From Arcobacter sp. (GTDB taxonomy: Bacteria; Acidobacteriota; Terriglobia; Bryobacterales; Bryobacteraceae), in contig DYJN01000016.1 of NCBI GenBank assembly GCA_020723085.1, forward strand, positions 5,700 to 69,699: a stretch of DNA of 64,000 bases, read 5' to 3'. Below the pieces are notes generated by a model. That model was not told where the DNA came from and did no database searches. It was given only the letters and a program-made list of their open reading frames with translations. This document shows, piece after piece, positions 32,011 to 39,757 of the stretch. A program made the position numbers and the translations under genes. Each line of letters starts with the position of its first letter. Position 1 is the stretch's first letter.

Positions 32011-32364
32011 GGAGGCTCCAGTACTTCAATGATAACCCGCGCCGCGTCCGGCAGGCGCGGCAGGGCGCTGCGTCCGCCAACTGCCGGCCGCCTGAATCTG
32101 TCGCGCAGGCCCGGCACAATCTGGCGGTTGCCGCCGTCCCTGCTTCTCCCCAAGCCCCATGCCATGCTGTTCCATCTCGGCTCCGGGATCCTCTGGCCGC
32201 ACGTCTTCGCCGCGTTGTGGGACTCCCGCCGGCATCGCGGACCGTCCGATCCGCTGGTCGCGGCGGTTGTCACGATCGCCATGCCCGGATTGCGCTTGCC
32301 GCCCGGGCGAAGGGTGCCGCGGCGCTCCGCTGCCCCGGTCCGCCGTCTCCTGACACCCGCGCCG

Positions 32365-32370
32365 TATAAT
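32365..32370 (+). promoter_or_regulatory. -10 consensus hexamer TATAAT upstream of the VWFA-related gene
   Basis: A perfect TATAAT lies 23 nt upstream of ATG 32394. No properly spaced -35 box is present. Confidence 0.35.
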
Positions 32371-32393
32371 CAAGGCAGGGCGTTCGAGTTTCG

Positions 32394-33461
32394 ATGAGCA
32401 ACACCAACCTGCTGGCGCTCGTTGTCTGGGCATTGGCCGCGTCTCTGTCTCCCGCATGGGCGCAGGACGCTACGCCTCCCCCCCCGGCTCAGGCAGCCAA
32501 GCCGCCCGTCCGCTCCGAAGAGGCTTTCAGGACCTCCGTCTCCGAGGTCGTCGTCCCCGTCACCGTCACCGACGACAGGGGCCGCTTCGTCTCGAACCTC
32601 GACGAGAAGGACTTTCTCCTGCTCGACGAGGGCGTGCCCCAGAAGATCACCTATTTCACCCGCGAGCGCAACCAGCCTGTCGTCATCGGCTACCTCATCG
32701 ACCTCTCCAACCGCACCCGCCTCCATTGGGACAAGTTCCGCGAGGCCGTCATCGAACTCGTCGACGCCACCATGGAGCCCGACGGCAAGCCCGACAAGCG
32801 CTTCTCCGGCTACCTCGTCTCCTATTCCACCGACGCCGAACTCCTCGTCAACACCACCGGCGACCCCGAAAAGATCATCGACCGCGTCCGCAAGCTGAAG
32901 CCCGGCGGCGGCTCCGCCCTCTTCGATGCTGTTTACATGGCCTGCACCAGCCGCACCCTTGTGGTGGGTGAGCCCATCGAGCCCCGCCGCGTCATCGTCA
33001 TCGTCGGCGACGGCACCGACACCAGCAGCAAGAAGACCCTCCAGGAGGTTGTCGAAATCGCCCAGCGCAACCTCGTCACCATCTACGGCGTCTCCACCGT
33101 CGCCTTCGGCTTCCACAGCGCCGGCGACGCCGACCTGAAACGCCTCTGCGAGTCCACCGGAGGACGCGTCGTCTACCCCCTCGAAAACATCTACTCCGAC
33201 GTCAGCGGCTACCTCTCCACACCCTCCGACGAAGGCAACTACGCCCTCAAGGTCGGCACCGGCGGCTACGCCGCCGCCATCATGCGCGGCATCGTCAACG
33301 CCATCGCCGCCACCGCCGGCGAAATCACCACCCAGTACATCCTTCGTTACGTTCCTACCGGCTTGGACACCCAGAAGCCGTTCCGCCGCATCGAGGTCCG
33401 CGTCAACCTCCCCAACGTCAAAGTCCGCGCCCGCGAAGGCTACTATCCCTTCAACCCCTAG
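32394..33461 (+). CDS. VWFA-related Acidobacterial domain protein (TIGR03436-like), secreted
   Basis: 355 aa with a signal peptide. The N-terminal SEVVVPVTVTDDRGRFVSNLDEKDFLLLDEGVPQKITYF signature is present. A vWA-like core carries GGGSALFDAVYMA and VIVIVGDGTDTSS. Confidence 0.8.
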   Translation: MSNTNLLALVVWALAASLSPAWAQDATPPPPAQAAKPPVRSEEAFRTSVSEVVVPVTVTDDRGRFVSNLDEKDFLLLDEGVPQKITYFTRERNQPVVIGYLIDLSNRTRLHWDKFREAVIELVDATMEPDGKPDKRFSGYLVSYSTDAELLVNTTGDPEKIIDRVRKLKPGGGSALFDAVYMACTSRTLVVGEPIEPRRVIVIVGDGTDTSSKKTLQEVVEIAQRNLVTIYGVSTVAFGFHSAGDADLKRLCESTGGRVVYPLENIYSDVSGYLSTPSDEGNYALKVGTGGYAAAIMRGIVNAIAATAGEITTQYILRYVPTGLDTQKPFRRIEVRVNLPNVKVRAREGYYPFNP

Positions 33462-33485
33462 CCCCCTCTTCCGATAAGCACTCAT

Positions 33486-34274
33486 ATGACCGTCCGCACG
33501 CGCCGGGTCCAGTACCGAGTCCTCCAGGCCCTCGGCGAGAACTGCGGCGTCATCGTCGCCGACCCCGAAACCGGCGAGTGCGCCTTCCGCTTCCGCACCG
33601 ATTTCCCATCTTTCGCCGGCGAAGAAGCCGAGGTCCTCTCGGCTCTCACCGCCCAGCTGCCCGAACTCCAGCGTGAAATGGGCGCGGAAGCCTTCCTCCG
33701 CTGGGTCGACGAAACTCTCTCCAACACCCTCCGCGTCTCCGAACCCGCCGATTCTCTCGCCATCGACCTCGACCGCACCGCCCAGGCTCTCTACCGCAAG
33801 CACGTCGCCTCCTCCGTCCGCCCTTACGAAACCCACCTCCCCCTCATCCCCATCGAGCTCGCCGCCGGCGGCTTCGGCGCCGACAAGGCCAAAGGAGTTG
33901 AGCAATGGGTCGAGGCTCGCGTCCCCGGACGCAGGCGCCTCACCGAAGACCTCTTCCTCGTCCGCGTCTCCGGCCATTCCATGGAGCCCGACATCCCCGA
34001 CGGCTCCCTCTGCGTCTTCCGCTCCTACTACGGCGGCTCCCGCAGGAACGGCATCTTCATCGTCCAGCGCATGGCTACCCTCGACGAAGGCGGCGAGTTC
34101 ACCCTCAAGCGGTATTCCAGCAGCAAGGAAGTCCGCGGCGAAGACTGGCGCCACGCCCGCATCACCATGCGGCCCGAAAACCCCGATTACCAGACTTGGG
34201 ACCTCAGCGAGGACGAGCGCTACGTCACCATCGCCGAGTTCATCTGCGTCCTCGAGGATCCGCTCCTCCAGTAG
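33486..34274 (+). CDS. S24 (LexA/CI/UmuD-type) self-cleaving peptidase domain protein with unrecognised N-terminal domain
   Basis: 262 aa. VSGHSMEPDIPDGS holds Ser165 and FTLKRY holds Lys208. ELAAGGFG (Ala127-Gly128) sits about 38 residues before the Ser, like a LexA cleavage site. I see no HTH in residues 1-120. Confidence 0.7.
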   Translation: MTVRTRRVQYRVLQALGENCGVIVADPETGECAFRFRTDFPSFAGEEAEVLSALTAQLPELQREMGAEAFLRWVDETLSNTLRVSEPADSLAIDLDRTAQALYRKHVASSVRPYETHLPLIPIELAAGGFGADKAKGVEQWVEARVPGRRRLTEDLFLVRVSGHSMEPDIPDGSLCVFRSYYGGSRRNGIFIVQRMATLDEGGEFTLKRYSSSKEVRGEDWRHARITMRPENPDYQTWDLSEDERYVTIAEFICVLEDPLLQ

Positions 34275-34316
34275 CCTCTTCCAGGCCCCATCTCCGCCTG
34301 CGATATCATCGGGGGC

Positions 34317-35159
34317 ATGATGTCCGATACCAGCCGCAGATCCTTTCTTTCCTCCATCCCCGCCGCCGCTGCCGCCGCCGGCGCCGCTGCTCCTTCCGTT
34401 GCCGCAGCCGCCCCCGCTGCGCCCATCCGCCTCGGCATTGCCAGCTACTCCTTCCGCGAGTTCAGCCGGCGCCTCTGCATCCAGTACACCAAGCAGCTCG
34501 GCATCTCGCTTCTCACCATCAAGGAATTCCACGCCCTCTACCGCTCCACTCCCGAGGAGCTCGACCGCGCGAAGCGCGACTTCGCCGCCGCCGGCATCAC
34601 CCTCACCGGCGGAGGCACCGTCTACATGCAGAAGGAAGACCCCGGCGACGTAAAGTTCTATTTCGAATACGCCAAACGCCTCGGGCTGCCCATGATGAAC
34701 GTCGGCCCCACGGCGAAGACGCTGCCCATCATCGAGAAATTCGCCAAAGAATACGACATCAAGATCGCCGTCCATAACCACGGTCCCGAGGACAAGCACT
34801 TCCCCGCGCCCTCCGACGCGCTGAAAATCATCAAGGACATGGACCCCCGCATGGGCCTCTGCATCGATGTCGGCCATACCACCCGCACCGGCAGGAACCT
34901 CCTCGAAGAGATCGAAATGGCCGGCCCCCGCCTCCTCGACATGCACATCAAGGACCTCCGCGACCTCAGCCAGGCTCGCAGCCAGTGCGACGTCGGCGAC
35001 GGCCAGATGCCCATCCCGCAGATCTTCCGGCTCCTCATGAAGATGAACTACGCGGGCGTCGTCCACCTCGAGTACGAGATCAACGCCGACAACCCCCTGC
35101 CCGGCATGCACCGCAGCTTCGCGTACATGCGCGGCGTGCTGGCGGGCATCCAGAGCTGA
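34317..35159 (+). CDS. Sugar phosphate isomerase/epimerase (xylose isomerase-like TIM barrel) with Tat signal
   Basis: 280 aa. MMSDTSRRSFLSSIPAAAAAAGAAAP is a Tat signal. IRLGIASYSFREFS..., VHNHGPED and IDVGHT are metal-site-like segments typical of this TIM-barrel family. Confidence 0.85.
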   Translation: MMSDTSRRSFLSSIPAAAAAAGAAAPSVAAAAPAAPIRLGIASYSFREFSRRLCIQYTKQLGISLLTIKEFHALYRSTPEELDRAKRDFAAAGITLTGGGTVYMQKEDPGDVKFYFEYAKRLGLPMMNVGPTAKTLPIIEKFAKEYDIKIAVHNHGPEDKHFPAPSDALKIIKDMDPRMGLCIDVGHTTRTGRNLLEEIEMAGPRLLDMHIKDLRDLSQARSQCDVGDGQMPIPQIFRLLMKMNYAGVVHLEYEINADNPLPGMHRSFAYMRGVLAGIQS

Positions 35160-35181
35160 GCCGCCGCCCTTTCAGCCGCGC

Positions 35182-35208
35182 GGCTGGCGGGACGAATCCC
35201 CGCCAGCC
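35182..35208. terminator. Stem-loop between convergent genes (possible bidirectional terminator)
   Basis: GGCTGGCGGG-ACGAATC-CCCGCCAGCC forms a 10-bp perfect stem with a 7-nt loop. It lies between the stops at 35159 (+) and 35216 (-). No U-tract is present. Confidence 0.35.
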
Positions 35209-35215
35209 CGCGCCG

Positions 35216-36628
35216 TCAGCTCAGAGTCCCCGCCGAAAACACCTGCGCCCGGAACGCCCGCAGCTTCGCCTCCGGGTTCCGCCACGCCCGCGGCGGCAGC
35301 CCCGCCTTGTGCGCCAGCGCCTCCAGAAACCACTCCCGCGTCGCGTTCCGCTCCCGCCCCACCTGCGGCAGCAGCAGCCCGCGCCTGCCCCAGCACTCCA
35401 GGTATCCCCCATGCTCGCCCGCACGGAGCTGCTCCGGCTTCACCAGCCGCTTGAACGGCGTCAGAATCGAAATCTCGACCTCCAGATCCCGGGGCGCCGT
35501 CACCCGCGTCGGAAACCGCGGATCATGCAGCGCCGAAAGCGCCAGCTCCGGCGCCGCCGCGCGGTACGTGTCTTCGTCTCCGATCCGCCCGATGCAGCCG
35601 AACAGCTCCCCCTTCTGGTGTAGGCTCACGAAGATCCCGCCCCGCCGGTCCAGCGCCTCCATCTCCGCCTCGCTCTCCGCCGGGCGTTCCACCCCGCGCT
35701 CCCGCACCTGCTCGAGCGTCGCCTCCACGCTCCGCAGCAGCTCCCGCTGCGCTGCTTCGTCCAGAGAAAAGGAGCTTTCGCGGAAGTACGCCAGCGCCGC
35801 GTAGCCCACCGAGAGCGAATAGTCCCCGTTCAGGTCGCCCGTCGTCATGTAATCGAGCGCCGCCTGAAAGATCTCCTCCTCTCCTTCCAGCAGCCCCAGA
35901 ATCTCCAGCAGCAGGCTCACCGGCGCCACCCCGCACGTCGTCGAACCGTTCCTCCTCAGCTCCGCCAGGAAAAACGCCGGATCCAGACTGGAAGCCGCGT
36001 CGATCACCTCCCGGTCCAGCGCATGCAGGTTCTCCGCCGTCTCTTCGTCCAGCGGAAACGGCGTGAACCCGAACCGCCGCCCGTAGTGCGTCAGATCCGT
36101 ACTTGCCAGCAGCACGTCGCCCGGCTGCAACGCCCTGGCTATCCGCTGCGCCGCCTCCTTGCGCACCCGCTCCGCCGCCGAACCGGCGTACAGCGGCGCC
36201 ACCGGCACGCCCGGCAGCAGCTTCTGCGCCAGCGGCAGCTGGATCTCCAGCGAGTGATCGCACGCCGCCTGCGGGGGCAGGGCAGGGAAGTCGAAGCCTG
36301 ACGCGTCCACCGCCACCCTTCCGAGCGGCGTCTCGTACGCCCCGATCCGCGGCATCGCCACGTCCGCCGGTCCGCCCGCGTGCAGGAATCCCAGCATCAC
36401 CACGCGCCGGGGCTGCGCCGCCGCCAGGTGCCGCCACGCCGCCGCCGCCACGCGCCCCGAGTATTGCAGCCCCGCGTGCGGCGCCACCGCCGCCAGCGCC
36501 CCCGGCCTCACGGCCGAACCAGTCCGCTCCTCCGATGTTTCTAACAATTCCTCCAGCAATTGTTCCAGTTCGCGAGCGTTTCCCGGATACCACGTCCCCG
36601 CGAACGGAGTGGTGAATGCGGCTGTCAT
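35216..36628 (-). CDS. Fused AmmeMemoRadiSam system protein B (Memo-like) and protein A (AMMECR1 domain)
   Basis: 470 aa from MTAAFTTPFAGTWYPG.... The Memo motif APHAGLQYSG lies in the N-terminal half. The AMMECR1 motifs LFGCIGRIG and RRGLLLPQV lie in the C-terminal half. AAGGAGG SD is present, and the ATG overlaps the upstream TGA (ATGA at 36625-36628). Confidence 0.85.
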   Translation of the reverse strand: MTAAFTTPFAGTWYPGNARELEQLLEELLETSEERTGSAVRPGALAAVAPHAGLQYSGRVAAAAWRHLAAAQPRRVVMLGFLHAGGPADVAMPRIGAYETPLGRVAVDASGFDFPALPPQAACDHSLEIQLPLAQKLLPGVPVAPLYAGSAAERVRKEAAQRIARALQPGDVLLASTDLTHYGRRFGFTPFPLDEETAENLHALDREVIDAASSLDPAFFLAELRRNGSTTCGVAPVSLLLEILGLLEGEEEIFQAALDYMTTGDLNGDYSLSVGYAALAYFRESSFSLDEAAQRELLRSVEATLEQVRERGVERPAESEAEMEALDRRGGIFVSLHQKGELFGCIGRIGDEDTYRAAAPELALSALHDPRFPTRVTAPRDLEVEISILTPFKRLVKPEQLRAGEHGGYLECWGRRGLLLPQVGRERNATREWFLEALAHKAGLPPRAWRNPEAKLRAFRAQVFSAGTLS

Positions 36629-37704
36629 TGCGCCTCCTTTCCCGCCTCCCGCGCGCCCGCCTCCCAGAATCCCGCGATCGCCGTCCCGCACCGGGGACAC
36701 GCCCCTCCCGCCTTCATCCGGTTCCTGAGCACCCGGAACCCGTACCGCTCCACCAGCGTTTCCCCGCACCGCCAGCACCGTGTGTTTTCCAGGCCGCCCA
36801 GCCTCCCCGGCAGGTTCCCCGCATACACGTACCGCAGCCCCGCCTCCTGCCCCGCCTGCACCGCCCGCAGCAGGTCCGCCGCCGAAGTCGGCGGCGGATC
36901 CGACATCTTGTAGTCCGGATGAAATGCCGTCACATGCCACGGAATATCCACGGAAATCGACGCCAGAAATCCGGCGATTTCCCGCAGTTCCTCATCCGAA
37001 TCGTTGAACCCCGGCACCACCAGCGTCACCACCTCCAGCCAGAACCCCATCTCGTGGATCCGCCGGATCGCCTCCAGCACCGGTTCCAGCCGCCCTCCCA
37101 GCTTCCGGTAGTTCGCGTCCCGGAAGGATTTCAGGTCCACCTTGAACAGATCCAGCCACGGGCGCAGGTACTCGAGCGCCTCCGGCGTCGCATTCCCGTT
37201 TGACACGAACCCGGTCGCCAGTCCGTGGCGCCGCGCCTCCCGGAACACCTCCACCGCCCACTCCGCCGTGATCAGCGGCTCGTTGTACGTGCTCACCACG
37301 CACTGCGAACCGCTCAGCAATGCCTGCCCCACGATCTCCTGCGCGCTCATCGGCTGAAAATAGACATCGGCGCGCGGGTCCCGCAGCGCCTGCGAGCTCA
37401 GCCAGTTCTGGCAGTAGTCGCAGTGCAGGTCGCAGCCCAGCATCCCGAAGCTCAGCGCCCGCGCCCCCGGCAGCGCGTGAAAAAACGGCTTTTTCTCGAT
37501 CGGATCCACGTGCAGCGCGTTCACGTACCCATGCGGCGCCATCAGCCGCCCGCCCTCGTTGAACCGTACCTTGCACACCCCGGGCAGCCCCGGAAAAATC
37601 GGGCACCGGTGCGCGCATGCGAGGCACCTCACCCGCCCGCCGTCCAGCGGCTCGGCGAGCGGCGATTCCCGCACATGACGCGCCAGTTCCTCCGCGAGCG
37701 TCAT
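36625..37704 (-). CDS. amrS: AmmeMemoRadiSam system radical SAM enzyme
   Basis: 359 aa. It carries the CDLHCDYCQNW radical SAM cluster motif and an N-terminal extra Cys cluster (CLACAHRCPI...GVC). The C-terminus has a CWRCG...CPRCG zinc-ribbon. Confidence 0.9.
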   Translation of the reverse strand: MTLAEELARHVRESPLAEPLDGGRVRCLACAHRCPIFPGLPGVCKVRFNEGGRLMAPHGYVNALHVDPIEKKPFFHALPGARALSFGMLGCDLHCDYCQNWLSSQALRDPRADVYFQPMSAQEIVGQALLSGSQCVVSTYNEPLITAEWAVEVFREARRHGLATGFVSNGNATPEALEYLRPWLDLFKVDLKSFRDANYRKLGGRLEPVLEAIRRIHEMGFWLEVVTLVVPGFNDSDEELREIAGFLASISVDIPWHVTAFHPDYKMSDPPPTSAADLLRAVQAGQEAGLRYVYAGNLPGRLGGLENTRCWRCGETLVERYGFRVLRNRMKAGGACPRCGTAIAGFWEAGAREAGKEAQ

Positions 37705-37721
37705 CGCCTTCTGCCGCCCCT

Positions 37722-37727
37722 ATTGTA
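37722..37727 (-). promoter_or_regulatory. -10-like hexamer TACAAT upstream of the radical SAM gene
   Basis: The minus strand reads TACAAT, with its 3' end 17 nt upstream of ATG 37704 and followed by GAAGG. It lies in the 71-nt gap after the GNAT gene. Confidence 0.3.
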
Positions 37728-37775
37728 GGGCCATTCACAACGGGGAGGAAGCCGCCCGCGCGCTCCCGCGCCGCC

Positions 37776-38180
37776 TCACTCCCGCATCATCACCACCGCG
37801 TCTTCCGCCGGATCCCGGTAATAGTTCCGCCTCGCTCCCCGCCTCTCGAAACCCATCGACTCGTAAAACCGGATCGCCCCTTCGTTCGACGCCCGCACCT
37901 CCAGCCACGCCCGCCGCCCCGCCATCACTTCCACCAGCGCCCGCCCCACGCCCCGCCGCCGCTGCCGCGGATCCACCGCCAGGTTCAGCAGCTCCGCCTC
38001 TCCGCCCGGCAGCTCCTGCCATACCGCGAAGCCCGCCACCTCCCCGTCCGCCTCCGCTACGAAAACCGTCCTCCCATGACCCTCTTCCGCCTCCCACTGC
38101 GCTGCTTCCGGACACGCCCGCCGTACCGCCTCGAGCGCTTCCGCGTCCCCCTCTTTCATTCGCCGCACAACGATGCCCAT
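37776..38180 (-). CDS. GNAT family N-acetyltransferase, RimI-like
   Basis: MGIVVRRMKEGDAEALEAV...LNLAVDPRQRRRGVGRALV...NEGAIRFYESMGF is a GNAT acetyl-CoA site. The start is uncertain: ATG 38180, or ATG 38159, which forms an ATGA overlap with the upstream stop. Confidence 0.75.
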   Translation of the reverse strand: MGIVVRRMKEGDAEALEAVRRACPEAAQWEAEEGHGRTVFVAEADGEVAGFAVWQELPGGEAELLNLAVDPRQRRRGVGRALVEVMAGRRAWLEVRASNEGAIRFYESMGFERRGARRNYYRDPAEDAVVMMRE

Positions 38181-39757
38181 AGCTCCGCCTGCCTCCGCGC
38201 GAGCGCCTCCCACGAGTAATGCCGCTCCGCGTGCCGCCGCGCCGCCGCCGCCATCCGGGTCCTCAGCCCCGCGTCATCGAGCAGTTTCCCGATCCCCGCC
38301 GCGAACTCCTCCCCCGTCTCCGCCACCCACACGCTCTCGCCATGCACAAGCCCCAGCCCCGCCACTCCGGAAGGCGTCGACACGATCGCCCGCCCCGACG
38401 CCATCGCCTCCAGCGCCTTCAGGTTCGTCCCCGCCGACACCACCGTCGGAATCACCACCAGCGCCGCCCGCTCGTACAACGGCTGCACGTCCGCCACATA
38501 TCCGTGCACCGTGATCCGCTCGTCCAGCTCCCGCGGCGCCCAGTACAGCTCCGGCTGCGGTCCCGCCACCACCGTCAGCCGCACGTCCCGCGCCTTCAGC
38601 CTCGGCCACGCCTCTTCCAGCAGAAACTCAAACGCCCGCACGTTGGGGAAATGCCGGAACGAACCCACAAACAGCAGCTCCGCCGGTCCCTCCATCCTCT
38701 CCTCTGCCGCCCGGAACCGCTCCAGATCCACGCCGTTGGCGATCACCACCGTCTTTTCAGGGCGCCCCAGCAGCGCCGCGTCCTTTTCGCTCATCACCAC
38801 CACGCGCCGCGCCCTCTCCACCGCCCGCCCCTCGAACCACGCCCACCGCTTCCAGTCCCACCATGAGCCCAGGCTGCGCCGCCCCTCATGCACCTGCCGG
38901 AACAGGTCCTGCGTCACATCGTGCTCCACCAGCACATCCGGCTTGTACCGCGCCATCTGCGTATATTCGGCTTGCAGCACCTGCACGCCCAGCTCCCTCA
39001 TCCGCTCCCGCAGGCTCCGCTCGAGCTCCGGCGTATGGAACTCGCACGCCTCCGGCGGCGCAAGCGTCGACCACCGCGGCTCCCGCCAGCGCGGCTTCGC
39101 CGCCACGAACACCGCAGCGCAGAAGCCCGCCATCACCGCGTAGTCCTCCGCCGTCTGCCCGTCCTCGAAGCCGAACAGGACAAGGTCGAATTGTTCCGAA
39201 CATTTCCGCAGCAGATTGTACAGCCGCACCGCCCCTCCGTGCGCCGGCGGCCACGGCAGGTACGGCGTCAGCACCGCCACTCGCCTCTTGCCCTCGCGGA
39301 AGCCCCTCCCCCCGGCGTCCCGCCACTCCTTCGGCAGCTCGCTCCGGTCCTTATTCCAGGGCGCCAGCCACCGCGGGCGCAGGAAGATCCTGTCCCGCCC
39401 TACGCCCCGCAGAAACAGCAGCGACGCCAGCGGCTCCCGCCAGTGCACGTGATGCCGCTCCAGGCGCCTGTTGAACACGAGCGCCCGGAACGGAAACGCC
39501 CACAGCGCCGCCAGCAGCGCCCGCCGGTCTTCCAGCCGCACGGCGCACAGCGCCACCCTCCTCCCCCTCGCCGCCCTCCGCAGCGCCAGCCACGCCTCTC
39601 CCGCGCTCCCTTCCGGCAGCGGCGCTTCCACAACTTCCGCCTCCGGCGCCAGCCGCCGCATCTCCTCTCCATGCGGTCCCTTGCCCGCCACCACAACCAC
39701 CGCTTCGGGTTCCTTCCCCAGCAGCCCGAACACCGCCCGCTTCAGCGCCCGCCTCAC
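38156..39757 (-). CDS. Glycosyltransferase (GT-B, family 1/4-like) with ~190-aa N-terminal extension
   Basis: The C-terminal two thirds are GT4-like: VAVLTPYLPWPPAHGGAVRLYNLL..., VVIPTVVSAGTNLKALEAMASGRAIVST. The proposed GTG start at 39757 overlaps the TGA of the MFS gene (GTGA). An ATG at 39661 is an alternative. Confidence 0.72.
   Translation of the reverse strand: MRRALKRAVFGLLGKEPEAVVVVAGKGPHGEEMRRLAPEAEVVEAPLPEGSAGEAWLALRRAARGRRVALCAVRLEDRRALLAALWAFPFRALVFNRRLERHHVHWREPLASLLFLRGVGRDRIFLRPRWLAPWNKDRSELPKEWRDAGGRGFREGKRRVAVLTPYLPWPPAHGGAVRLYNLLRKCSEQFDLVLFGFEDGQTAEDYAVMAGFCAAVFVAAKPRWREPRWSTLAPPEACEFHTPELERSLRERMRELGVQVLQAEYTQMARYKPDVLVEHDVTQDLFRQVHEGRRSLGSWWDWKRWAWFEGRAVERARRVVVMSEKDAALLGRPEKTVVIANGVDLERFRAAEERMEGPAELLFVGSFRHFPNVRAFEFLLEEAWPRLKARDVRLTVVAGPQPELYWAPRELDERITVHGYVADVQPLYERAALVVIPTVVSAGTNLKALEAMASGRAIVSTPSGVAGLGLVHGESVWVAETGEEFAAGIGKLLDDAGLRTRMAAAARRHAERHYSWEALARRQAELWASLCGE

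Noticed and set aside
32370-35111. 913-aa minus-strand ORF spanning three plus-strand genes
   Set aside because: It is antisense to the well-supported VWFA-related, S24 and TIM-barrel genes. Its composition is dominated by Gly/Ala/Asp/Val/Glu with no motifs. Long antisense open frames are expected in high-GC DNA.
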